Source of the DNA: Azolla caroliniana
Lineage: Eukaryota; Plantae; Polypodiophyta
NCBI GenBank assembly: GCA_043228905.1
Contig: JBHGNT010000002.1
Coordinates: 25,296,001-25,360,000 of the forward strand
DNA length: 64,000 nt
Direction: 5' to 3'
Below are positions 38,067 to 50,400 of the stretch, one piece after another. Made by a program: the position numbers and the translations under genes. A model generated the notes under the pieces. It made no database searches. It saw nothing but the letters and a program-made list of their open reading frames with translations, and had not been told where the DNA came from. Each line of letters opens with the position of its first letter. The first letter of the stretch is position 1.

Positions 38067-38159
38067 GTCCCTGTTTGGGGGGGGGGGGGGGGGGGGGGGT
38101 TTAGCCAAAATAGGGGGGCTAAAAAGTTTTTTTTAGGAGGCCAAAAAGGTATGTTTTTT

Positions 38160-38190
<31 letters not shown>

Positions 38191-38364
38191 GCAAATAGCC
38201 AAAATAGGGGGCTAAAAAGGTTTTTTTTTAGGGGGCCAAAAAGGTTTATTTATTTATTTTTATTTATGTTTTTAAAATGGGGGGGCAAATAGCCCATTCC
38301 TAATTTTAAACTCTTGTTTTAACTTATTAAATTTTATATGTATTATATGTAGAGTCTCTTTTTT

Positions 38365-38575
38365 ATTTATGATGATCAATTATGATAAGTATGATGATCA
38401 AATTTATGATTAGTATGATGATCAAATTTATGATTAGTATGATGACTAAAATTATGATAAGTATGATGACAAATTTTATAATAAGTATGATGACAAAATT
38501 TATGATGAGTATGATGAATAAATTTATGATGATTTTCTCACACAAATTTATAATAAGTATAATGATTAATATCAA
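38365..38575. repeat. ~24-bp AT-rich minisatellite inside the hAT element
   Basis: AAATTTATGATTAGTATGATGATC, about 8 degenerate copies. Confidence 0.8.
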
Positions 38576-38919
38576 TAAAAAATGGTTTGGTTTTTATTTA
38601 TGATAAACTAGTTTGGTTTGGTTTTAAATTTTTCGTAAACGGTTTGGTTTCTCCTATGTTTAAATGGCTTCATAAATTTTAAAACAGTTTGGTTCGGTTT
38701 TTTTATTAATAAAATGGTTTGGTTTGGTTTCAAGGCCAAGAAACCGAACCGAACCGAAATCGAACCGAGTCCATTGCTAGGTGGAAGATTGAAGTTGTTC
38801 GAGCAATTAGAAAATTGAAGATCTCATATAAAAATTCCATCAATTGAAACCACAATCCTCGACCATTGTGTTTATTAATTTTCAGATTTGGAGATTGCTT
38901 TTCTCTTTTCTTTGTTAGG

Positions 38920-39233
38920 TGGACTGAATGAAGAAGTTTTTAGGTTTCTCACTATGATGACCGATGATGATGTGGTAACATGACGAGAGGATGAGTGATG
39001 ATGGTGTGGGGGCCGAAGCAGATCATGAGGGAAGGAGGAAATAGTCTACATTCATTTTGTTGTTATTTATACAGGAACTTGGCGATATTCGGCGAGATGG
39101 TTGATGTGGACTGAATGAAGAATTTCTTGTCATATGGAGGACTTGAGATGGTGTGTGGGTCGAAGCATTGTTTGTTTGAGGTGATGAGGTTACTATAATA
39201 TCATTTTGTTGACATAGGTACATTGTTTGGGAG

Positions 39234-39274
<41 letters not shown>

Positions 39275-39890
39275 CATTAGGATGAGTAATGATGACTGTA
39301 GAGATTGAAGCATATTGCTATGATGAGAGGATGAGTGATGATGGTGTGGAGGCTGAAGTAGATCATGAGGAGAGGAGGAAATATTTTAGACTCATTTTGT
39401 TGTTATTTGTACAGGAATTGGGTGGTAATCGGCGAGATGGTGATGTGGACTGAATGAATTTTTTTTCCTGTGATAAGGATGAGTGAAGATGATGGGGGGG
39501 GTCGAAGCCGGCTACCATGAGTAGGTGAGGGAACTTTTAGACTAATTTTTTGTTGGTAGTACAGGATTTTCGTGGCCATTAGCGAGATGCCAAGATGGTC
39601 GGCTCATTAAGATGTTGATGTGGACTGGGTGAAGAAGATTTTAGGTTTCTCATTATGATGTGTGTTGATGGTGTGGCGATAGGGATTGAAGCATAGTAAT
39701 ATGATGAGAGGACGAGTGACGATGGTGTGGGAGCCGAGGCAGATCATGAGGGAGGAAATAGTCTAGATTTATTTCGTTTTTAGTTGTACAAGAACTTGGC
39801 GTAATCGGTGAGATGATTGATGTGGATTGAATGAATAATTTTTTGTTATAAGGATGAGTGAAGAAGGTGTAGGGGTTGAAGCATATTTTC
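38920..39890. repeat. Degenerate ~350-bp tandem repeat (~3 copies) plus (TA)n
   Basis: GA.GAGTGA.GATGGTGTGG..GC.GA.G.AGATCATGAGG..GGAAATA recurs at ~38990, ~39330 and ~39710. Confidence 0.6.
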
Positions 39891-39900
39891 TTGAGGGTCA

Positions 39901-40175
39901 TTGAGAGATGGGTATATTATTCATGAACATGTGGTTTGGGATGAAATTGAAAAAGATGTCATGGTCAATACTTTACTCATTGATATGTATGGCAAATGTG
40001 GTGCTTTGGAAGAAGCTCCATCGACATTTGAAGATATGTGTGAGATGACTGTAGTCTCTTGGAATACTTTAAGTGAAGCACATAGCAGCAACAAACAAGG
40101 GGAGAAGAGGAAGCATTTCATCTTTTTATTGAATTGCAGTATGAAGGTGTAATGCCAAATGAGGTCACTTTCATA
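39901..40175 (+). pseudogene. PLS-class PPR gene fragment
   Basis: DVMVNTLLIDMYGKCGALEEA..TFEDM....VVSWNTL and EGVMPNEVTF, with frameshifts. Confidence 0.75.
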
Positions 40176-40297
40176 TTTTTCAAGAAGGAGAATACAAAAC
40201 CAAGCATGTAGTGAACTTTCTGGGTGTTTTAACTGTGTGTGTAAATCTCACTTCATTAGATGGTTGTTTGTGCTTTTCGAATGATTTGGAAACACTT

Positions 40298-41180
40298 AAG
40301 CTTCTTGCATACATCAGTGATAAGATCTGTTGCAGAATTCTACAGGAAGTCGTTTGATCGGAGGCTTCTATTTGACAAGAGTGCAAATGATGATCATGAA
40401 CGGAGTATTCTCACAAAGCTGAAGCAACAGGGTGGAGGTCATTTTACCTCCAAAATTGGAGGGTATGGTGACTGATTTGACTTTGATGCATCTATTGTAA
40501 GAATAATGAAGAGTAGAAAAGTGGTACCACATCAACAACTAATGCTACAATGTGTGACAACTTGGGCGGATGTTCAAGCCTGATTTCAAGATTATCAAGA
40601 AGAGGATTGAAGACTTGATTACAAGGGAATACTTGGAGAGAGACACAAAGAAACCTAATGTTTTCAGGTACTTGGCGTAATGAAGTGAGAAAAAGAAAGA
40701 GTTGGGCATTATTTACATGCAAGCAGTGAACCAAAACTGTTGGAGAAAGTTCAACATGAGTTGCTTACCCAATATGAGCAACAACTATTGGAACAGGAGC
40801 ATTCAGGATGCCATGCATTGCGGAGAGATGACAAGGTGGAGGAGTTGTCAAGGATGTATCGATTATTTTGTAAAATAACGAGAGGTCTCTGATCCCATTG
40901 CAAACATTTTCAAGAAGCATATCACCGATGAAGGAATGACATTAGTAAAGCATGCAGAAGATACAACAAGCAATAAAAAGGCTAAGAAGAAGGTTGTAAC
41001 TGGATTAGACCAGGCATTTGTACGGAATGTTTTTGAATTGCATGATAAATATCTGCAATATGTGAGTAATGCTTTGTACATCATTCCCTCTTTCACAAGG
41101 CTCTAAAGGAAGCTTTTGAAGTCTTTTGTAACAAAGGTGTTGTTGGAAGCAGCAACACTGAGCTATTGGTTGTATTTTTT
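40298..41180 (+). pseudogene. CUL1: Intronless, rearranged Cullin-1 fragments
   Basis: [39 protein letters not shown]; then the C-terminal [43 protein letters not shown]; then the more N-terminal [53 protein letters not shown]. Confidence 0.85.
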
Positions 41181-41459
41181 AGCAGACATGCTTCTTAAAA
41201 CTAATGGAAGGATATATTGTTTGAAAAAGAAGAAGAAGAAGAAGCTCATAACGTCCTCACATGATATCGGATTTCAGAGTTCAAATAGTTGAATCAAAGC
41301 CAACGAAGTAGGCTATGATATGACCTATTAAAATCTAAGTTTTGAAATTCAGGCCAAGAGACATGAATAAAAAAGTAAAGTTGTGGCAGAAGTCATGTAG
41401 GGGCAAACAAGAGCACTCACGTGAACCAAAAAGCTCATAGCGTCCTCATATGATATCCA

Positions 41460-44400
41460 CTGAATCGGCTCTTGCTTCTCCTACGATTGACGGTACTATC
41501 GATGTCCAATTGGCACTGGAAGACGAGCTCATTGTCCTCAATGAAGTTAAACGATTGGAGTAGTGCCCGGTTGTTGCCCAAGTCTTGGGAAAATGACCGA
41601 GTAGAGGGGATCTTCATCATCTTCTCCAGGTAGCGTTAAAGGACAAACTAGATAAGATTATTGATATACAATTGATGGGCCGAGGTTGCTATCAATTGGA
41701 GTTTGAAGATCATTCTTCTATTCACAATCTCCTTTCCATTCACTCCGTAGACATCTCAAGTGCATGGGTTCTTTTTTCCCAAGGACCCATGGTTTTGATA
41801 CGACAGTCCTACAGGTGGAGGCAACGGGATACTTTACGTGTACTGCTGTTTTTCCAGGCCTAGATAAGGAGTGGAGGGAGGTACTTCACAAAATCAGGGC
41901 AACAATCGATAGAGTTCTACATGTTAACTCATCTACATTTAGGGACATTGTAGAAAAAGGAGGAGCTCTGTCTGTCAATTTACTTTGCAAAAAAGATGTA
42001 GTGTTACCTAATTGGATTCGTCTTCCAAAACTGCAAGGTAATATGTTTCAAAAAATTCAGAAAATGCTTTACTTCGGTTTGCCCAACTAGTGTTTTTCTT
42101 GTAAAAAAATTGGCCATTTGGCAAAAGATTGTTTGACTGCCCATGGGAAGCCTATTGTAGCTATGGATAAGCAAAATAATAGTGTTGTCACTACACAATT
42201 GCCTAATGAAACTCAACAAGTAAAGGGTTTTGATACATCGTTAGATAAAGTGGGTAAGGGAAAAAGTGTTGATATGATTTGCTCCAATTTCCCTCAATCT
42301 GCACTATCGAAATGTAGTATGGACACCTTGAGGCAAGATTTAGGAATGTTAGTTTCTGCTCCATCTATGGAGATCATTCCAGCCATTCCTCCTCCCTTAG
42401 TATTGCCGGAATGTAGTATGGACGCTTTGCAAAAAGATGTAGTTATGCTGGATTCCATTTCCTCTTTGGAAATTGTTCAAGTCATTGACCCAATGCCAGA
42501 ACAAGTTCCAACGAAAGTTAAAGCATCAGTTCAGAAAATGATAACATCGTTTCAACATAATGATCCAAAGGTAGATGCTCGATCATATTCAGCTGTTTTG
42601 CAGACAGGGGTCGGGCAATCAACGTATGTTTTTACATTTGCAAAGGATACTATAGAAGCACTTGGGAATAGCAAAAATAGGGACCTATATAAAGACCATC
42701 GTGTTTTATTCAAGGATTCCCGTGTGGAAAAAAAGAATAACAAGGGTAGTAACTTCGTCTCAAAAGGAGAGACAAGTGGTTTTGAATGATAAGAGGTCTT
42801 CTCCATCTCAATCTTGATATGGATTATTTTAATATTTTATCTTGGAACCTTCAAGGGTTAGGTGCGAGTCGTTGTAATAGAGTAAAATGTTACTTGAATC
42901 AAGAATTATCTTTACCTTCTATAGGTCGACTTCATATGCTATGTTTTTGAACACCATCTTAATTCACGAACGATAGCATCGAATAGAAATTTACTACGTG
43001 GTAATTGGATTTATGAATGGGTTTTTGGCTTTTGGACCCTCTGGTACTCAAGGTGGCCTTTGTATCACACTTAGAATGCAATGGCAGTCTCATGTACAAG
43101 CTAAAGGAGTCTTGTTTGGTGGTAGAGTTTAGTATATGCTTATTCTTATTTCTGGAAAATTGTTTGTTTTTTTGAATGTATTTGCTTCGAATTCTGCTAC
43201 TAGAAGAATTCGTTTGTGGAATAAGTTATTGCAAGATCTTCCTGTGGCATCATTGGTGTATGTGTGGTGATTGGAACATGATCGAAAGCCCTATTGATAG
43301 ATTAGGTGGATCTTCTGCTACTATCTCGGGTTTGGAATTGCGTGAGTGGGAGAAATTAATTTTCAAATATGAAGTTACTGATTTGTGGCATATTCCTACC
43401 TTCTCTCGCATGCCCGATTCCTTGTTATATTCATGTTCTAATTGAAGAAGTCTCGCTCTCAATTTGTCAAGAATAGATAGGTTTTATGTAGATTCTTTCT
43501 TTTGGGATCGTCGAGGATATGTGGGTATTATATCGGGCACTTCGTTCTCTGATCATGCCCCAATTGTGCCCAAATTTTGTATGGACAACCATACTTCTAT
43601 TTCTCGATTGTATGTGCCAAGGTTTATTGTTGATGATATGAATTTGCAGAATACAGTTTTGTGACTTTGGAGAATGGTTGTAGGGGATTCTAATTGTCAA
43701 AAATTACAGAATGCTCTTCTCGCAGTTTCCAACTTCTTTATACAACAAGTTAAGATAAAACAAAGTAGTTACACTAGAAATTTGCCCCAATTCTGCCCAA
43801 ATTTTGTATGGACAACCATACTTCTATTTCTCGATTGTATGTGCCAAGGTTTATTGTTGATGATATGAATTTGCAGAATACAGTTTTGTGACTTTGGAGA
43901 ATGGTTGTAGGGGATTCTAATTGTCAAAAATTACAGAATGCTCTTCTCGCAGTTTCCAACTTCTTTATACAACAAGTTAAGATAAAACAAAGTAGTTACA
44001 CTAGAAATTTGCCCCAATTCTGCCCAAATTTTGTATGGACAACCATACTTCTATTTCTCGATTGTATGTGCCAAGGTTTATTGTTGATGATATGAATTTG
44101 CAGAATACAGTTTTGTGACTTTGGAGAATGGTTGTAGGGGATTCTAATTGTCAAAAATTACAGAATGCTCTTCTCGCAGTTTCCAACTTCTTTATACAAC
44201 AAGTTAAGATAAAACAAAGTAGTTACACTAGAAATTTGCCCCAGTTTTGCCCAAATTTTGTATGGACAACCATACTTCTATTTCTCGATTGTATGTGCCA
44301 AGGTTTATTGTTGATGATATGAATTTGCAGAATACAGTTTTGTGACTTTGGAGAATGGTTGTAGGGGATTCTAATTGTCAAAAATTACAGAATGCTCTTC

Positions 44401-47400
44401 TCGCAGTTTCCAACTTCTTTATACAACAAGTTAAGATAAAACAAAGTAGTTACACTAGAAATTTGCCCCAATTCTGCCCAAATTTTGTATGGACAACCAT
44501 ACTTCTATTTCTCGATTGTATGTGCCAAGGTTTATTGTTGATGATATGAATTTGCAGAATACAGTTTTGTGACTTTGGAGAATGGTTGTAGGGGATTCTA
44601 ATTGTCAAAAATTACAGAATGCTCTTCTCGCAGTTTCCAACTTCTTTATACAACAAGTTAAGATAAAACAAAGTAGTTACACTAGAAATTTGCCCCAATT
44701 CTGCCCAAATTTTGTATGGACAACCATACTTCTATTTCTCGATTGTATGTGCCAAGGTTTATTGTTGATGATATGAATTTGCAGAATACAGTTTTGTGAC
44801 TTTGGAGAATGGTTGTAGGGGATTCTAATTGTCAAAAATTACAGAATGCTCTTCTCGCAGTTTCCAACTTCTTTATACAACAAGTTAAGATAAAACAAAG
44901 TAGTTACACTAGAAATTTGCCCCAATTCTGCCCAAATTTTGTATGGACAACCATACTTCTATTTCTCGATTGTATGTGCCAAGGTTTATTGTTGATGATA
45001 TGAATTTGCAGAATACAGTTTTGTGACTTTGGAGAATGGTTGTAGGGGATTCTAATTGTCAAAAATTACAGAATGCTCTTCTCGCAGTTTCCAACTTCTT
45101 TATACAACAAGTTAAGATAAAACAAAGTAGTTACACTAGAAATTTGCCCCAATTTTGCCCAAATTTTGTATGGACAACCATACTTCTATTTCTCGATTGT
45201 ATGTGCCAAGGTTTATTGTTGATGATATGAATTTGCAGAATACAGTTTTGTGACTTTGGAGAATGGTTGTAGGGGATTCTAATTGTCAAAAATTACAGAA
45301 TGCTCTTCTCGCAGTTTCCAACTTCTTTATACAACAAGTTAAGATAAAACAAAGTAGTTACACTAGAAATTTGCCCCAATTTTGCCCAAATTTTGTATGG
45401 ACAACCATACTTCTATTTCTCGATTGTATGTGCCAAGGTTTATTGTTGATGATATGAATTTGCAGAATACAGTTTTGTGACTTTGGAGAATGGTTGTAGG
45501 GGATTCTAATTGTCAAAAATTACAGAATGCTCTTCTCGCAGTTTCCAACTTCTTTATACAACAAGTTAAGATAAAACAAAGTAGTTACACTAGAAATTTG
45601 CCCCAATTTTGCCCAAATTTTGTATGGACAACCATACTTCTATTTCTCGATTGTATGTGCCAAGGTTTATTGTTGATGATATGAATTTGCAGAATACAGT
45701 TTTGTGACTTTGGAGAATGGTTGTAGGGGATTCTAATTGTCAAAAATTACAGAATGCTCTTCTCGCAGTTTCCAACTTCTTTATACAACAAGTTAAGATA
45801 AAACAAAGTAGTTACACTAGAAATTTGCCCCAATTCTGCCCAAATTTTGTATGGACAACCATACTTCTATTTCTCGATTGTATGTGCCAAGGTTTATTGT
45901 TGATGATATGAATTTGCAGAATACAGTTTTGTGACTTTGGAGAATGGTTGTAGGGGATTCTAATTGTCAAAAATTACAGAATGCTCTTCTCGCAGTTTCC
46001 AACTTCTTTATACAACAAGTTAAGATAAAACAAAGTAGTTACACTAGAAATTTGCCCCAATTCTGCCCAAATTTTGTATGGACAACCATACTTCTATTTC
46101 TCGATTGTATGTGCCAAGGTTTATTGTTGATGATATGAATTTGCAGAATACAGTTTTGTGACTTTGGAGAATGGTTGTAGGGGATTCTAATTGTCAAAAA
46201 TTACAGAATGCTCTTCTCGCAGTTTCCAACTTCTTTATACAACAAGTTAAGATAAAACAAAGTAGTTACACTAGAAATTTGCCCCAATTCTGCCCAAATT
46301 TTGTATGGACAACCATACTTCTATTTCTCGATTGTATGTGCCAAGGTTTATTGTTGATGATATGAATTTGCAGAATACAGTTTTGTGACTTTGGAGAATG
46401 GTTGTAGGGGATTCTAATTGTCAAAAATTACAGAATGCTCTTCTCGCAGTTTCCAACTTCTTTATACAACAAGTTAAGATAAAACAAAGTAGTTACACTA
46501 GAAATTTGCCCCAATTCTGCCCAAATTTTGTATGGACAACCATACTTCTATTTCTCGATTGTATGTGCCAAGGTTTATTGTTGATGATATGAATTTGCAG
46601 AATACAGTTTTGTGACTTTGGAGAATGGTTGTAGGGGATTCTAATTGTCAAAAATTACAGAATGCTCTTCTCGCAGTTTCCAACTTCTTTATACAACAAG
46701 TTAAGATAAAACAAAGTAGTTACACTAGAAATTTGCCCCAGTTTTGCCCAAATTTTGTATGGACAACCATACTTCTATTTCTCGATTGTATGTGCCAAGG
46801 TTTATTGTTGATGATATGAATTTGCAGAATACAGTTTTGTGACTTTGGAGAATGGTTGTAGGGGATTCTAATTGTCAAAAATTACAGAATGCTCTTCTCG
46901 CAGTTTCCAACTTCTTTATACAACAAGTTAAGATAAAACAAAGTAGTTACACTAGAAATTTGCCCCAATTCTGCCCAAATTTTGTATGGACAACCATACT
47001 TCTATTTCTCGATTGTATGTGCCAAGGTTTATTGTTGATGATATGAATTTGCAGAATACAGTTTTGTGACTTTGGAGAATGGTTGTAGGGGATTCTAATT
47101 GTCAAAAATTACAGAATGCTCTTCTCGCAGTTTCCAACTTCTTTATACAACAAGTTAAGATAAAACAAAGTAGTTACACTAGAAATTTGCCCCAATTCTG
47201 CCCAAATTTTGTATGGACAACCATACTTCTATTTCTCGATTGTATGTGCCAAGGTTTATTGTTGATGATATGAATTTGCAGAATACAGTTTTGTGACTTT
47301 GGAGAATGGTTGTAGGGGATTCTAATTGTCAAAAATTACAGAATGCTCTTCTCGCAGTTTCCAACTTCTTTATACAACAAGTTAAGATAAAACAAAGTAG

Positions 47401-50400
47401 TTACACTAGAAATTTGCCCCAATTCTGCCCAAATTTTGTATGGACAACCATACTTCTATTTCTCGATTGTATGTGCCAAGGTTTATTGTTGATGATATGA
47501 ATTTGCAGAATACAGTTTTGTGACTTTGGAGAATGGTTGTAGGGGATTCTAATTGTCAAAAATTACAGAATGCTCTTCTCGCAGTTTCCAACTTCTTTAT
47601 ACAACAAGTTAAGATAAAACAAAGTAGTTACACTAGAAATTTGCCCCAATTTTGCCCAAATTTTGTATGGACAACCATACTTCTATTTCTCGATTGTATG
47701 TGCCAAGGTTTATTGTTGATGATATGAATTTGCAGAATACAGTTTTGTGACTTTGGAGAATGGTTGTAGGGGATTCTAATTGTCAAAAATTACAGAATGC
47801 TCTTCTCGCAGTTTCCAACTTCTTTATACAACAAGTTAAGATAAAACAAAGTAGTTACACTAGAAATTTGCCCCAATTTTGCCCAAATTTTGTATGGACA
47901 ACCATACTTCTATTTCTCGATTGTATGTGCCAAGGTTTATTGTTGATGATATGAATTTGCAGAATACAGTTTTGTGACTTTGGAGAATGGTTGTAGGGGA
48001 TTCTAATTGTCAAAAATTACAGAATGCTCTTCTCGCAGTTTCCAACTTCTTTATACAACAAGTTAAGATAAAACAAAGTAGTTACACTAGAAATTTGCCC
48101 CAATTCTGCCCAAATTTTGTATGGACAACCATACTTCTATTTCTCGATTGTATGTGCCAAGGTTTATTGTTGATGATATGAATTTGCAGAATACAGTTTT
48201 GTGACTTTGGAGAATGGTTGTAGGGGATTCTAATTGTCAAAAATTACAGAATGCTCTTCTCGCAGTTTCCAACTTCTTTATACAACAAGTTAAGATAAAA
48301 CAAAGTAGTTACACTAGAAATTTGCCCCAATTCTGCCCAAATTTTGTATGGACAACCATACTTCTATTTCTCGATTGTATGTGCCAAGGTTTATTGTTGA
48401 TGATATGAATTTGCAGAATACAGTTTTGTGACTTTGGAGAATGGTTGTAGGGGATTCTAATTGTCAAAAATTACAAAATGCTCTTCTCGCAGTTTCCAAC
48501 TTCTTTATACAACAAGTTAAGATAAAACAAAGTAGTTACACTAGAAATTTGCCCCAATTTTGCCCAAATTTTGTATGGACAACCATACTTCTATTTCTCG
48601 ATTGTATGTGCCAAGGTTTATTGTTGATGATATGAATTTGCAGAATACAGTTTTGTGACTTTGGAGAATGGTTGTAGGGGATTCTAATTGTCAAAAATTA
48701 CAGAATGCTCTTCTCGCAGTTTCCAACTTCTTTATACAACAAGTTAAGATAAAACAAAGTAGTTACACTAGAAATTTGCCCCAATTCTGCCCAAATTTTG
48801 TATGGACAACCATACTTCTATTTCTCGATTGTATGTGCCAAGGTTTATTGTTGATGATATGAATTTGCAGAATACAGTTTTGTGACTTTGGAGAATGGTT
48901 GTAGGGGATTCTAATTGTCAAAAATTACAGAATGCTCTTCTCGCAGTTTCCAACTTCTTTATACAACAAGTTAAGATAAAACAAAGTAGTTACACTAGAA
49001 ATTTGCCCCAATTCTGCCCAAATTTTGTATGGACAACCATACTTCTATTTCTCGATTGTATGTGCCAAGGTTTATTGTTGATGATATGAATTTGCAGAAT
49101 ACAGTTTTGTGACTTTGGAGAATGGTTGTAGGGGATTCTAATTGTCAAAAATTACAAAATGCTCTTCTCGCAGTTTCCAACTTCTTTATACAACAAGTTA
49201 AGATAAAACAAAGTAGTTACACTAGAAATTTGCCCCAATTTTGCCCAAATTTTGTATGGACAACCATACTTCTATTTCTCGATTGTATGTGCCAAGGTTT
49301 ATTGTTGATGATATGAATTTGCAGAATACAGTTTTGTGACTTTGGAGAATGGTTGTAGGGGATTCTAATTGTCAAAAATTACAGAATGCTCTTCTCGCAG
49401 TTTCCAACTTCTTTATACAACAAGTTAAGATAAAACAAAGTAGTTACACTAGAAATTTGCCCCAATTCTGCCCAAATTTTGTATGGACAACCATACTTCT
49501 ATTTCTCGATTGTATGTGCCAAGGTTTATTGTTGATGATATGAATTTGCAGAATACAGTTTTGTGACTTTGGAGAATGGTTGTAGGGGATTCTAATTGTC
49601 AAAAATTACAGAATGCTCTTCTCGCAGTTTCCAACTTCTTTATACAACAAGTTAAGATAAAACAAAGTAGTTACACTAGAAATTTGCCCCAATTCTGCCC
49701 AAATTTTGTATGGACAACCATACTTCTATTTCTCGATTGTATGTGCCAAGGTTTATTGTTGATGATATGAATTTGCAGAATACAGTTTTGTGACTTTGGA
49801 GAATGGTTGTAGGGGATTCTAATTGTCAAAAATTACAGAATGCTCTTCTCGCAGTTTCCAACTTCTTTATACAACAAGTTAAGATAAAACAAAGTAGTTA
49901 CACTAGAAATTTGTTGAATGCTAAGAGAGGATTGGTTTCTCTTTAAATTTTGCAAGAAAAACAACCTCATTCTCAATTCATTCATTGTGAATTACAGAAT
50001 GCTATGATGCTTATTTCTTCTTTGCAACAAAAACGTGCTCAATTCTTTCTTTAACCATATGTAGCAAGATGGTGTGCAAAAGGGGACACCATGTCAAAAA
50101 AAAAATTCCAACATGTTATGCTTAAAAGAAATAAAATTCAGATTGTACAGTTAAAAAGATCTGATTGCACAGTTACAATGGATAGAGATGAAATGAGGCA
50201 TATTGTAGCCACTTATGATGAGTCGTTGTTATTAGCAGATACTCCAAGTGTTGAAACTCTACAGATGCGCCAAAAAGTATGGGGTGCTACTGCGGTTAAG
50301 GTAACATCTCCGATATCGCTTCAGCTTCTTCGTCCATTTTCCTCCTTTAAAATATTACAAACTATTAAAGGTGTTGGGTTAGATGTGTCCCCAGGAGTAG

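Larger units (their letters stand above)
34995..38300 (-). mobile_element. Mutator-like element (MULE) with ~200-bp TIRs
   Basis: TIRs begin GGAATGGGCTATTTGCCCCCC at 34995 and end at 38300; flanking TAATTTTA duplication (34987-34994, 38301-38308); internal MULE transposase. Confidence 0.9.
34736..38779. mobile_element. Non-autonomous hAT-type DNA transposon (host of the nested MULE)
   Basis: TIRs TAGCAATGGGCCCGGTT / AACCGAGTCCATTGCTA; perfect 8-bp TSD GGTGGAAG (34728-34735, 38780-38787); dense AAACCG/CGGTTT subterminal motifs. Confidence 0.9.

Noticed and set aside
38363-38603. Hydrophobic Ile/Met-rich ORFs
   Set aside because: Translation of a 24-bp minisatellite.
43674-49770. 27 identical 64-aa ORFs as a tandem gene family
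   Set aside because: Artefact of the 227-bp unit: each ORF spans the repeat junction, uses a non-ATG start, and derives from decayed LINE ORF2.
43556-49913. CRISPR-like array next to a reverse transcriptase
   Set aside because: No unique spacers, units are contiguous and near-identical, the context is a eukaryotic LINE, and there are no cas genes.
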